DNA of 61,245 bases, counting the filler. It is 8 parts of 8 records of this genome, joined end to end, with 100 filler letters (N's around TTAATTAATTAA, not from the genome) between each part and the next. Parts side by side here need not be neighbours in the genome. Positions count along the whole stretch, not along the records: positions 18,373 to 28,539 come from SRR31147125_18905; positions 28,640 to 35,200 come from SRR31147125_18913; 6 more parts are not named here. One strand, given 5' to 3'. Positions 21,138-31,352 of the stretch are shown here, in pieces. A model generated the notes under the pieces. The model did no database searches, was not told the DNA's origin, and was given only the letters and a program-made list of their open reading frames with translations. The position numbers and the translations under genes were made by a program. Numbering within the stretch: position 1 is the stretch's first letter; each line of letters starts with the position of its first letter.

Positions 21138-22067
21138 CTAATTCGGATTAAATCTAACCAAACCATCAGAGCTCGCCACCCAAATATCGCCGGTATTACA
21201 ACATGCAAGGCTTCCAACATAAATACTATCGGCAGTCATATAATTCGTCCAGGTTGTTCCATCAAATTTTGAAATACCTTGTTTAGTTCCAACCCAAATA
21301 TTATCGTTCATATCTACATCCATCGATAATATGCAATAATTGGCCAATCCATCTTCTTCATTAAAATGTGTCCAAACATTGTCAGCGTATTTGTATGCAC
21401 CCGAAAGATGACCTATCCAAATATCACCATTCATTGAAATAACAGAAGCCTGTACAAAAACATTCAGATTATTAATGTAGTCACTCCAATTTTCCCCGTC
21501 AAACATCGACAGCCCGCTTATACAACTTCCAACCCAAATATTTCCATCAAAATCGCAGGCAACACTATGTATGTGTCCCATTTCAGCTTCTGTTGAAGCC
21601 TCAGGGTTTACATGATATGCAGTAAAATCTTCCCCATCAAATTTTACAAGCCGATTATTTCTTGTGCCAATCCAAATGTTATTTTCCGTATCGCAAGCCA
21701 AACTACGAATGTCGTTATTGAAAAGCCCGTCATCGGTGGTATAGTTTGTCCACATTTCATTTTCCAATTTCATAACACCTTCATTGGTTCCGCCCCATAA
21801 ATGTCCATTTTGGTCGATCAATAAAACGTTTATGTAGTTACTCAATAAACCATTGGCAACAGTAAAGTTACTCCACACTTCATCGTCGAGTTTATAAATA
21901 CCATTATTCAAAGTCCCAACCCAAACAACATCGTTATGTGTAGTAATTGCTGTTACTACTTTATCATAAGGTTCATTTTTATCAACAATTGAGTCTTCAT
22001 TTTTTTCGCAGCCTAAGAGCAAAAAAAGTGAAACAAACAGAATTAGATAGAAGTTAAAAAATTTCAT
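21138..22067 (-). CDS. Beta-propeller lipoprotein (two-component regulator propeller repeats)
   Basis: Lipobox LLGC; repeated GL.sn.I.sL..D..g.IWiGT..G units. Confidence 0.85.
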   Translation of the reverse strand: MKFFNFYLILFVSLFLLLGCEKNEDSIVDKNEPYDKVVTAITTHNDVVWVGTLNNGIYKLDDEVWSNFTVANGLLSNYINVLLIDQNGHLWGGTNEGVMKLENEMWTNYTTDDGLFNNDIRSLACDTENNIWIGTRNNRLVKFDGEDFTAYHVNPEASTEAEMGHIHSVACDFDGNIWVGSCISGLSMFDGENWSDYINNLNVFVQASVISMNGDIWIGHLSGAYKYADNVWTHFNEEDGLANYCILSMDVDMNDNIWVGTKQGISKFDGTTWTNYMTADSIYVGSLACCNTGDIWVASSDGLVRFNPN

Positions 22068-22184
22068 TATTCAATAATTGGTAATTTTTCCGTGCTAAAT
22101 TAATGACTATGAATTATTTTTTGGTAAAAATATGAGGTTTATATTATTCAAAATTCATAACTTACTATAATAAAATCGACCATT

Positions 22185-22985
22185 GTGAGAAACTTTATTT
22201 TTCTACTATTAATTGCCATACTTACGCTTTTGGTATTATTTTTCATTAGCAATCCTGAGTTACTCGATAAAATTTGGTTATGGCTAATTGGTTTTGCCGG
22301 CGGTATTGCAGGATTATTTAGCAATATAAAAGACGGAATAAAAAAATGGATAAAGCGCGAAGACGATCAGGAAAAGGAATTAGTAAAAGTAAAGGCGCAG
22401 GCAGCCGTTGCAACTCCTTCAAATAACGACACATTAATTAATGCGAAATTAGATACACTACTTAATAATCCGAATATAATAAACCAGCCAACAGAAAAGC
22501 CTTTTGATGGCACTGTACTGACCGTATTACGCTACATTGATGATAAGGAAACAACGCTTGGCTTGCTCTATTTTCGTAACGATTTTTTCTGTTATACGCT
22601 GGAAGACACACACCACGACGTAAAAATTAAACATCAAACCCGAATTCCGGCAGGAGAATACACGCTAGGTTACCAAATGGAAGACACTGGCCTAACTTTA
22701 AAATACAGAGAAAAACACAACTGGTTTCACAGACATTTACACATAAAAAATGTACCCGATTTTTCCGGAGTTTACATTCATATTGGCAATAATCACAAAC
22801 ACTCGTCGGGTTGCTTGCTAATTGCCGATGGTGTTAATGCCGCTTCGGTTCAAAAAGCAATACAACACTCTACCCAGGCCTATAAAAGGCTGTACCTGCG
22901 CTTGAAAGATTTACTGGATAACGACGAAAAAATTAAGCTGGTTATCCGCGATGAAAATTGGTTCAAAAACATTAATAAAACATAA
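22185..22985 (+). CDS. Membrane-anchored DUF5675 family protein (YkuD-like His/Cys peptidoglycan peptidase candidate)
   Basis: Two N-terminal hydrophobic helices; TTLG.L...CYTLED, RIPAGEY and VYIHIGN...SSGCLLI. Confidence 0.8.
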   Translation: MRNFIFLLLIAILTLLVLFFISNPELLDKIWLWLIGFAGGIAGLFSNIKDGIKKWIKREDDQEKELVKVKAQAAVATPSNNDTLINAKLDTLLNNPNIINQPTEKPFDGTVLTVLRYIDDKETTLGLLYFRNDFFCYTLEDTHHDVKIKHQTRIPAGEYTLGYQMEDTGLTLKYREKHNWFHRHLHIKNVPDFSGVYIHIGNNHKHSSGCLLIADGVNAASVQKAIQHSTQAYKRLYLRLKDLLDNDEKIKLVIRDENWFKNINKT

Positions 22986-22996
22986 ATCCAAGTCCC

Positions 22997-23863
22997 ATGT
23001 TTAACGACAAAATAAAAAAGAAGCACTATGCAATTTTCTTAATTGCATTAGGAATACTACTTAGAACAGCATTTCCAATTTTTGTTAGCGGCAAATGGCT
23101 GAATTTTGCATTTGTCTGTGCCTGGATATTAATTGCGTGGGGAGTTATTCTCCTGGCAGACTGGTTAATTAAGAAATGCAGAATCAAACCAGAAACTGAA
23201 GAAAACAAAGAAAAGAAAAGAAGCGATTACCGGGGAATATTTTTCGATACAATGAAATGGATTGTTTGGGTACTATTGGGTGTTGCCATCTTAACAATTA
23301 TTGGCGTTGGATTTATGCAAAACGATATTTACCAGGCACTGGCAATTCTGTTTTTCCTCATCTGGCTGGGTATTTTTATTCGTTATTTTTTGTGGGCAGT
23401 TTACCATTACAATATTAATTACGGACTTACCAATAAAAGCTGGGCAAAAATTGATGAAGCAAAAAAACGGAAACAAGCGGGAATAGAGGTCGACGAGTCG
23501 GAACTAAAGGAGCCGGAATATAACCCGTACCGAAGCCAAACTTTTGGTTTACCTCCGGGAACTGTACGCGGAATGATTGCATTTACATTGTTATTTGGGG
23601 CTGTAACTATTTTAATTGCCGGCATGGGAATGGGACAAGAAGAATTGGCAAACTCGCTGATACGCGACCAGTTCGAATTCTTTAAAACCGCCTTTTTAAT
23701 GATGATAGCCTTTTACTTTGGCGATAAATCGTTGAAGTATCTTCAAAAGAGATGGAAATTGCCTGAATCGGATTCTGATAAATCAAACGATTCTGATGAT
23801 GGTAACGATGGGAATGATGGCAGTTATCCCCCTCCGATTCAGCCAATTACGAGAACGAATTAG
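22997..23863 (+). CDS. Multi-TM membrane domain, probably the N-terminal part of a fusion with 23956-25341
   Basis: About 6 TM; GLPPGTVRGMIA and MMIAFYFG motifs. The acidic linker continues in the downstream frame after the C5 run at 23828-23832. Confidence 0.75.
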   Translation: MFNDKIKKKHYAIFLIALGILLRTAFPIFVSGKWLNFAFVCAWILIAWGVILLADWLIKKCRIKPETEENKEKKRSDYRGIFFDTMKWIVWVLLGVAILTIIGVGFMQNDIYQALAILFFLIWLGIFIRYFLWAVYHYNINYGLTNKSWAKIDEAKKRKQAGIEVDESELKEPEYNPYRSQTFGLPPGTVRGMIAFTLLFGAVTILIAGMGMGQEELANSLIRDQFEFFKTAFLMMIAFYFGDKSLKYLQKRWKLPESDSDKSNDSDDGNDGNDGSYPPPIQPITRTN

Positions 23864-23955
23864 CCGCCGATGACCAAAATCATGTAGATGATGAAGACAA
23901 CTTTGAAAAAGAAGAAAAACAGGTTCCAAATAATATAAGTACTTTAAAAAACCTT

Positions 23956-25341
23956 ATGAATGCTCCTGATTCAGATGAGGAGTTGGAATATATTCAATTA
24001 TTAAGTGAAGATAAAAGGAAAGTTCTTGCGGATGAAGACCTTTTGGATATTATTGCGGAACTTGAAGAGAAGGAAGATATAATACTTGACCTGCCGGTAT
24101 TAAAAGCCATAATAAAAGTTGAGTCGGATGGTAAAGGACATTTGCCTGATGGCCGCGCAAAAATTAGATTTGAAGGACACAGATTTTGGCATTACCTTAA
24201 GGAACATAATAAAAATCCTGAAGAATTAGCCCAACAAGGTAACGAAGATATTATTTACCCAAACTGGACAACTAAATATAACAGAAGTAAAGAAAAAGAA
24301 TACGAGCGTTTCGAGCGTGCTTTTAAGATTGACAAGAAAGCTGCAATTTACTCAACTTCATGGGGTTTATTTCAAATAATGGGCGAAAATTTAGAAAATA
24401 ATATTGAAAAGCGCAATCAGAAAAAAAATAAAGTAAAATCTGAAGACTTTTATAAAAGCATCGACGATTTTGTAAAAAAACAACATCAATCAGAACGTTA
24501 CCACTTACTCGATTTCCTGGCCTTTATAAAAACAAAACCAATTAATAAAAATGTTAAATTAATCAACTATGTTTCGGGCCATAACCCGGAACAATACGAT
24601 TGGGACAAATTTGCTTATGGTTATAATGGCAGCGGATATAAAAAGAATAACTACAACACAAAACTAAAAAATGCTTACGAAGTATTTGCCGAATTAAGAG
24701 ATAAACCAAAAACTCAAAAACAAGGAAGAATACCAATAATTGATGCGGGCCATGGAGGTATGATTAATGACAAGTACACCACCAAAGGCAAACGTTTTAA
24801 ATTTACCGGAAGAGATAAAAATCTGGAAATTTTTGAGGGTGTAATTAACAGAATGATTGCCCAAAAACTTATTGAAAAGTTACGCGCTGCAAATATTGAA
24901 TATTTCGACTTGAATTCGACCGATGAAACTGATATGAGACTGGCTGACAGAGTTGAAAAGGCCAACATGTTATATCGCTCAAATGATGATTACTATTACC
25001 TTTCTATTCATAGTAATTCTGCATCTGCAACACTGGAAGGATATGGCTCTTCAGCTCATGGATTTGAAATTTTCACCAGCAAAGGAGAAACAGAAAGCGA
25101 TAAGATGGCCAAAATTGCCGCCGGTATTTATAAAGACAAATTTCCTGAAAAAACGTTCCGGGGCGTGAAAGAGGCTAATTTTTATGTATTAAAAAATACG
25201 CGCTGCCCGGCCTTACTGGTTGAAAATTTATTTTTCGATAATTACCAAGAAGCTCAATTTCTGAGCAGTAAAGAAGGACAAGATGCAATAGCCGATTGTT
25301 TATTCGAAACAGTAAAAGCAATAGCTGAACAAGATGCGTAA
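23956..25341 (+). CDS. N-acetylmuramidase (DUF3380) plus N-acetylmuramoyl-L-alanine amidase (Amidase_3)
   Basis: Muramidase: AIIKVES, IRFEGH, SWGLFQIMG, YNG. Amidase: IDAGHGG, E, SIHSN, PALLVE. Confidence 0.9.
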   Translation: MNAPDSDEELEYIQLLSEDKRKVLADEDLLDIIAELEEKEDIILDLPVLKAIIKVESDGKGHLPDGRAKIRFEGHRFWHYLKEHNKNPEELAQQGNEDIIYPNWTTKYNRSKEKEYERFERAFKIDKKAAIYSTSWGLFQIMGENLENNIEKRNQKKNKVKSEDFYKSIDDFVKKQHQSERYHLLDFLAFIKTKPINKNVKLINYVSGHNPEQYDWDKFAYGYNGSGYKKNNYNTKLKNAYEVFAELRDKPKTQKQGRIPIIDAGHGGMINDKYTTKGKRFKFTGRDKNLEIFEGVINRMIAQKLIEKLRAANIEYFDLNSTDETDMRLADRVEKANMLYRSNDDYYYLSIHSNSASATLEGYGSSAHGFEIFTSKGETESDKMAKIAAGIYKDKFPEKTFRGVKEANFYVLKNTRCPALLVENLFFDNYQEAQFLSSKEGQDAIADCLFETVKAIAEQDA

Positions 25342-25927
25342 ATTGTTATACATAACGCTTTTTCTAATTCTTGCCTCTGGTTGCAAAAAAGACAACCGGG
25401 CTTTGGTTGTGGGAAAAATTCAGGCGGCCTCGAAACTGGCAACCACCGAATTTACCGTAGATAAAATTGTACACGGCACCAAAGTGAAAAAATTTGCCTG
25501 GGTAGTAAAACTAAATGAAGCACGTTTTCTGGCCTATTCAAAAGCAAGAATAAAAGCAGGCGTTGATTTGAATAAACTCAAAGCTGAAGATGTTAGCATT
25601 GAAGGAGAACGCATTGAACTCACCTTGCCTCCCATCGAGGTGATTAACTTTTCATATCCACCCGATGAATTCCGAATCGACGATGATATTTCGGATACAA
25701 AAAAATTCCTAAATAAAATTTCGATACAGGATCAGGAACGTTTTTTTCAGGATGCAGAAACCGACATTCGTAATAATCTGGAATTTATGGGAATTGTACA
25801 AACAACCCAGAATAATACCCGCACGATGTTGTCGGGCTTATTGCGTGCTATGGGCTACAAAGAAATTTATATTTCTTTTAAAAGCGACGAATTAATTATC
25901 GACAAAATTGAACTAACTGTGCCGTAA
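25334..25927 (+). CDS. DUF4230 family lipoprotein
   Basis: Lipobox ASGC; KLATTE, A.IKAGVDL, IELTLPP and GYKEIYI. Confidence 0.85.
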   Translation: MRKLLYITLFLILASGCKKDNRALVVGKIQAASKLATTEFTVDKIVHGTKVKKFAWVVKLNEARFLAYSKARIKAGVDLNKLKAEDVSIEGERIELTLPPIEVINFSYPPDEFRIDDDISDTKKFLNKISIQDQERFFQDAETDIRNNLEFMGIVQTTQNNTRTMLSGLLRAMGYKEIYISFKSDELIIDKIELTVP

Positions 25928-25928
25928 C

Positions 25929-28121
25929 ATGATATTTCCCTTTCAAAATAAATATGTGAAGAATATTCTGCAGGCAATAGTACTTGTAGCCATTATCCTC
26001 GCAGTATTTCTGTGGAATCCATGGAATATGTTTGGCGGAGGCTTAAAATTTCATCAAACCACAAACCATGTTTCTGCCATTCGCGAAATTGGAGAATTGG
26101 TTACAGCCGAATATTATGGCGAAGCAATTTCAACTTTAAAGCAATCGAAGTTACGATTAATTGAAGCTGACGATATTAATAATAACGCCGATATTCAATT
26201 TAAAGGATTAAAGCAAGACATGCTAAGTGTTTATGCCAATGACCTCTTGCAAAAACAGGAGATAGAAGAAAAGGATGGCAAAAAAGGATTCTGGTCTCTA
26301 AAATGGTTTCGCAGGGCAAAAAAACAAAAGAAAGAGACAATACAGGCAATTCAACAAGATGTTATAAATATTGACACTTTAAATATTTCAAAAGATACAA
26401 TCAGGCAAGAAGTAATTCAATATTATTGGATTTATAAATCTTCTTCATCGTTCGACGATAAAAAAATAGAAAAGAATAAGGTCAATCTTAAAAATGCACT
26501 CTATTTACTTTATGAAGAAGTTAGCCAAAATGCGGAAAATTTAAGTGATACAGATTTTTCGAAATACATGGAAGAGGGTTTACCACAAATAAACGACCGG
26601 GTATTTTCCGATTATCATCATTCGCGAATTGATACAGAAAAAGACAATAAAGAACTTGCAATGATTGGCCGCGGATGGGTAAAAGCCGGGTTCAACTTTG
26701 GCAAACTCGATAAAAGCAATTTTCATTTTAATAAAGAGAAAGGCGAAGTACATATTTTTGGTGTAAAAGCGGAAATTCTGAATGCCGATATCAATCCCTG
26801 GTTTATTCCTGAAAGAAAAATTCCGGGCTTCCAGATAATAGAATCGAAAGGAAAAGTTGATTTTTACGATGCAGTAAAAGTAAAAAAGTATTGCATTGAA
26901 AAATTACGTCGCATGGCGCTTGAAGCCGGAATACTGGAACAAGCAGAAAAACAAGGAAAAGAAGCCATGAAAGCCTTTTTAAGCCTGGTTTCTGATGTGG
27001 AAATAACAGAAGTATATTTTCATTACAACATGTTTGCGGTTTATGCCAACGAAATTATTGCCGACCAATATATTAATTACAACGAAGCCCGGTTGATTGA
27101 TTCGCTGGTGAGCAGAGAAATTGATAGCATTGCAGAACTTAACTTCGCAGTAAAAAACCGTATAAAAAATCAGGACTTAAAAGAACTAAAAATTAAACAA
27201 CTAATAGCCGGTATTAACAGCTTTAAAAACTGTCCGTTTGAAGGACAAAATGATAGTTTTAATTGTTTTTCGTCATTAGGATATAAGTTAAGTGCCGATA
27301 CTTTATTGGAGTATGATGATTATTTGATTTTGGATAATTTGAAATACGAAATTGAAGATGTATTGAATGCCCAAAAGCTATTAGAAAGCGACATTTCCGA
27401 TAAAGAGAAACACAAAATTGAGTACAAAAAGTTACTCAATATTTATTGCTGGTACCCCGATGAAACATTCCGTTATTTTATTGATTATAACAAGGCTCTT
27501 GAAAATATTTATGCAGAAACAAGCTCAATGAAATTCTATTCTGATACAATCTTTGAATCGCAGGAGTCGCTAAAAAAATATACAACGCAATTATCGGAAG
27601 TTGATACTATTATAATAGATTCAACAGGTAATAACTTTTTACTTACCCTTATAACAGACACTTGTCCACACCAATTTTTATATGCTCTTGCCTATCCTTT
27701 ACGAATTTCAGATTGGCATAAAACACTATGCGATAATGAAAATTTCTGGGAACCGCACAAGCAAAATCTTCGTTTGGGAAGATCGATAACCAGCTCATGT
27801 AATTTCAATGGTTCTGAATTAGCGGTTGATTCTATTCATACCAACAATTTAGAAGCTGAATATTCAATGACTTACCTTGAAAAGATAGATAGTCTTTCGG
27901 TTTACGACTTATCTTTTATATTGAATGGAGATACCATACCAAATTCGATTTCTGATGATGAGCAAGAAATTATTGCCAATATGTTCGAGTATTATTATTC
28001 TGAAAATGCGAAGAATCCTATTTCACGGGCAAGTTCAAGATTTAAGGAGCAGCTTAACCAAAGAGTTGAAGAAGTAAAAAAATTGGGAAGCGTGTTAGAT
28101 AAAAATCATCCAAAATCATAA
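25929..28121 (+). CDS. Large membrane-anchored DUF4230-domain protein with insertion and C-terminal extension
   Basis: TM; IREIGELVTAEY, then an insert, then GWVKAGFNF...AGILEQAEKQ. Confidence 0.75.
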   Translation: MIFPFQNKYVKNILQAIVLVAIILAVFLWNPWNMFGGGLKFHQTTNHVSAIREIGELVTAEYYGEAISTLKQSKLRLIEADDINNNADIQFKGLKQDMLSVYANDLLQKQEIEEKDGKKGFWSLKWFRRAKKQKKETIQAIQQDVINIDTLNISKDTIRQEVIQYYWIYKSSSSFDDKKIEKNKVNLKNALYLLYEEVSQNAENLSDTDFSKYMEEGLPQINDRVFSDYHHSRIDTEKDNKELAMIGRGWVKAGFNFGKLDKSNFHFNKEKGEVHIFGVKAEILNADINPWFIPERKIPGFQIIESKGKVDFYDAVKVKKYCIEKLRRMALEAGILEQAEKQGKEAMKAFLSLVSDVEITEVYFHYNMFAVYANEIIADQYINYNEARLIDSLVSREIDSIAELNFAVKNRIKNQDLKELKIKQLIAGINSFKNCPFEGQNDSFNCFSSLGYKLSADTLLEYDDYLILDNLKYEIEDVLNAQKLLESDISDKEKHKIEYKKLLNIYCWYPDETFRYFIDYNKALENIYAETSSMKFYSDTIFESQESLKKYTTQLSEVDTIIIDSTGNNFLLTLITDTCPHQFLYALAYPLRISDWHKTLCDNENFWEPHKQNLRLGRSITSSCNFNGSELAVDSIHTNNLEAEYSMTYLEKIDSLSVYDLSFILNGDTIPNSISDDEQEIIANMFEYYYSENAKNPISRASSRFKEQLNQRVEEVKKLGSVLDKNHPKS

Positions 28122-28539
28122 TTCCCCATTCCTGAATTTTTCAATTATTTCGCCGGCAATACTTCTTTTGCGGGGATATTCAGGTAAATCTTTGCGAGAG
28201 TACCAGGCGGCTTCAACAATTTCTTTTTCGTCAATTTTAATAATTTGGTCCTCATCAGCTTCTGCAGTAAAACCAATCATCATTGAACCGGAAAATGGCC
28301 AGGGCTGGCTGGCATAGTAACGAATGTTTTTTATTTGTAACCCTACTTCTTCTTTTACTTCCCGAACAACTGCATCTTCAATCGATTCGCCAACGTCGGC
28401 ATAACCGGCAACCAACGAGAAAAAACCGTCAGGAAAATGTGCTCCACGTGCCAATAAAATTTTGTCGTTGCAAAGAATAGCAACAATAATTGCCGGAGAA
28501 ATTGATGGGTACAATGTAGTTTCGCACGATGGACAAAAA
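28116..28539 (-). CDS. nudC: NAD(+) diphosphatase (5' truncated)
   Basis: CPSC...YP, Nudix box GESIEDAVVREVKEEVG and SQPWPF signature. Confidence 0.95.
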
Positions 28540-28639
28540 NNNNNNNNNNNNNNNNNNNNNNNNNNNNNNNNNNNNNNNNNNNNTTAATTAATTAANNNNN
28601 NNNNNNNNNNNNNNNNNNNNNNNNNNNNNNNNNNNNNNN
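28540..28639. other. Artificial contig spacer
   Basis: N44-TTAATTAATTAA-N44. Confidence 0.99.
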
Positions 28640-29551
28640 TTTTTGAGCTATTAAAAATTCATCTGAATTAAAAGGCATAGTCTGAGCCTTATTATCTAAT
28701 ATTTTAATGAATCTTTCCGCAAAGCTGACAACTTCACTATAATTATCAGTATCTACATATATTCCCTGGCATGAACTGCAAAATAGCTGATTAGTATCAC
28801 AGATATTATATGCAATACCTTCCAACTCCTCATCAGAAACATTGCTGCCAGATACATAAGCGAAGCTTATTTTATGCCCCCACTCAATAATTCTGGTGTT
28901 AGGCTTAGCTAGTTTCCTAACTGCACTTACGGCATTATCTCCACCCCAAATAATGATTGCATCAGATACTTCTGCCATCTTTTTAATTGATTCAATATCT
29001 TCTGAAGGATAGTCAAAAACGAATATGTAATGTGCTAATTTAGGCTCTATTTCAATTAGTTTTTTTAGAAAAGTAATTGATAAACCGTTATCTGAACCTG
29101 GCAATTTTACGATATTAATATTACCCGTTAAAAGCCCTTCTATAACACTGAAAACAGGCAGGGCGTCAACATTACCTGCGACTATGTGAAAAAGCACACC
29201 TAAAGGTTTTAGTATATGCCTAACCTTATTTTTATAACCCAAGGGAGTATACTCATAATCCCTATTTTTACCTAACTCGATTTCCATCCTCTTTTCTATG
29301 TACTCTTTGCTAAGCATTTGCTTAACAGTTAATAATTCTGCTTTTGCTTTATATTCTGGGATGCCAAGACTAAGCAGTAAAGGAATATATTCATTTTCGC
29401 TTAAAGTTTCAGACATCTTATGGCATGCAGAAACAACTATATCAACGGGTAACTCGCTTTTATATTGGGTATTTATTATTAATTCGTCTAATTTCTCAAG
29501 CTCTTTTTCACTTTGTTTTTTATTAATTAATCTACCAGATATCAAATTCAT
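28640..29551 (-). CDS. LuxC-like acyl-CoA reductase (3' truncated)
   Basis: PLGVLFHIVAGN, WGGDNAV, EWGHKISF and QLFCSSCQ. Confidence 0.88.
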
Positions 29552-30675
29552 TTTTCTGCACCTATATCTTTTAATAATGTTGCTGCATCAGTAGTACATG
29601 TTTTTATTTGCTTAACTCCTGCCCTTCCTTTTAATTCAAAATATGGTGTTTTAATTTTACAACCGCATTCTTTATGATTATGCAATACTGCTAAATCATC
29701 AGTCATAATACTAGTTATTGGTACGCTTGAAACTAGAGGAGAAACAAAACTTAAAAGTCCTAGCTTGCCGTTTTCTACCGGCTCTAGTGTGTATACATCC
29801 CTAATGATTACACGACTGTAAATTGGTACATGAAAATTTCCGTTTTCGCATTTACAGTAAGGCAGTGGATGCTCAACAGCACTAAAAAACTCTAGGCAGT
29901 TACTCCGTTTTATACCTAATGTCTCTTCTATTATGTTATAGAAACTTTCAGTATCTATTTGCTCATTAGTGAACTGTTTCCAACCACCGCCTAATAAAAT
30001 TTTTGATTTTGGATTAAGATTTAGCTTAATATTGTTTTCTTTTAGTGCTTTTGCTAAAAAATACATATAGGATGGAAATCCCACAAATCGAACAGGAAAT
30101 GGCTGTTTTGCGTATTTTAATAATGATTTTTTTATACCTTCAATATTTATTTCGTAACTCGTTCCAGTATCTTTTAGGGCATATTCCCTGTGTAATGCAG
30201 GAGCAAATTTTGTAGTGCCGTAGGCCGTTTTTATTGCACCTATATTCGTATGTTTGCTCGGCTCATATCCTAAAACAATGTAATTTGTAGGCAATATGGA
30301 AATTACCTTATGATATGAAAAAAATCTATACATCATTAAAATACCATAAATCAAACTAGATTTATCAAATCCAACAAAACTATGCTGACCTTTTGTTCCC
30401 GATGATGTAGCTTTTATTATTAGCTTATTTTCTGGTACAGAGAGCAGCTTGTTTCGCTTAAGGTATAAAGTAGATATCGGGGGGATTTTATGTAAATCAT
30501 TTTCATAATTTAACTGGCTTAATTTAAACTTTTGTGCTTGTAGTATTTTTGCATACTCATCACAGTTTTCAATGTGAAAACGAATATTATTTTTTACTGC
30601 ATTAATAAAGAAATCTTTTGTACTCTCAATATCGTAAGGGTTAGAGTGCAAAAAAAGTTTTCGCCTATAGTTCAT
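29548..30675 (-). CDS. LuxE-like acyl-protein synthetase
   Basis: TSSGTKG, GGGWK, SIMTDDL, and GRAG...KTC (C-terminal Cys); 4-nt overlap with the luxC-like gene. Confidence 0.9.
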   Translation of the reverse strand: MNYRRKLFLHSNPYDIESTKDFFINAVKNNIRFHIENCDEYAKILQAQKFKLSQLNYENDLHKIPPISTLYLKRNKLLSVPENKLIIKATSSGTKGQHSFVGFDKSSLIYGILMMYRFFSYHKVISILPTNYIVLGYEPSKHTNIGAIKTAYGTTKFAPALHREYALKDTGTSYEINIEGIKKSLLKYAKQPFPVRFVGFPSYMYFLAKALKENNIKLNLNPKSKILLGGGWKQFTNEQIDTESFYNIIEETLGIKRSNCLEFFSAVEHPLPYCKCENGNFHVPIYSRVIIRDVYTLEPVENGKLGLLSFVSPLVSSVPITSIMTDDLAVLHNHKECGCKIKTPYFELKGRAGVKQIKTCTTDAATLLKDIGAEK

Positions 30676-30770
30676 AAAACTCCTCCAGTATTATATCCGA
30701 AGTATACCACTTATAATTATATACAGCAAATTATTCCTAGTAGTTTGTTTTAAATAAGAATACTAAAAGC

Positions 30771-30808
30771 AAAAAAATCACTAGTCATAAACCTACTGAC
30801 TAGTGATT
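30771..30808 (-). terminator. Rho-independent terminator
   Basis: AATCACTAGTCA/TGACTAGTGATT stem with an A-run on the left. Confidence 0.75.
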
Positions 30809-30869
30809 CTGTTTTGTTCTATTACTATTATGATAAATTAACGTGCCCACCAAGAACGGAAGTTGAATT

Positions 30870-31253
30870 TTATTTTTTCCTTTTTGTTGGTTCTTTGCTG
30901 CCTTCATCCTTGTCATCTATTGTTTCATCACTCTCTTTGCTCTCAACAGTTTCAAAAATTTTTGTATCTTCTTCAATTGCTTCAATTGCCGTAAATTCTT
31001 CAATTTTCTGTGCAGCAAGTCTTGTTAATATTTCTGGTGCTGAAAATCCGCATAATACAGCAGGCAGATATTCTGTAACATTTAACAGCCATACCACAAA
31101 ACCCCCTAAAAGACTTAAGCACACTAAGTTAACATAATATAATGGTTCTTTTAAATATTCATTATTTTTAATATCATTATAATTCTTTGTGAATCTAATA
31201 ACTTCTGGTAATAGTCCTCCTAAACAACCTAATAAAAAAATACTTACGCTCAT
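30870..31253 (-). CDS. Hypothetical 3-TM membrane protein
   Basis: GAGGAGG RBS, three hydrophobic helices and a charged tail. Confidence 0.75.
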   Translation of the reverse strand: MSVSIFLLGCLGGLLPEVIRFTKNYNDIKNNEYLKEPLYYVNLVCLSLLGGFVVWLLNVTEYLPAVLCGFSAPEILTRLAAQKIEEFTAIEAIEEDTKIFETVESKESDETIDDKDEGSKEPTKRKK

Positions 31254-31313
31254 AATAACCTCCTCTTGTAAACTTATTCAAAAGGCAAATTTAATATGAT
31301 TGATTTATTAATC

Positions 31314-31350
31314 TGGGGTTGTTGAATAATAATATTTTTCAACAGTCCCA
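31314..31350. repeat. Palindromic REP/MITE-like element, possibly the terminator of leuD
   Basis: TGGGGTTGTTGAATAAT...TTTTCAACAGTCCCA has the same core as the copies at 2538-2656. Confidence 0.55.
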
Positions 31351-31352
31351 AT

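Noticed and set aside
28640-30675. Bioluminescence operon
   Set aside because: No luxA, luxB or luxD is visible, and luxCE homologs are common in non-luminous bacteria.
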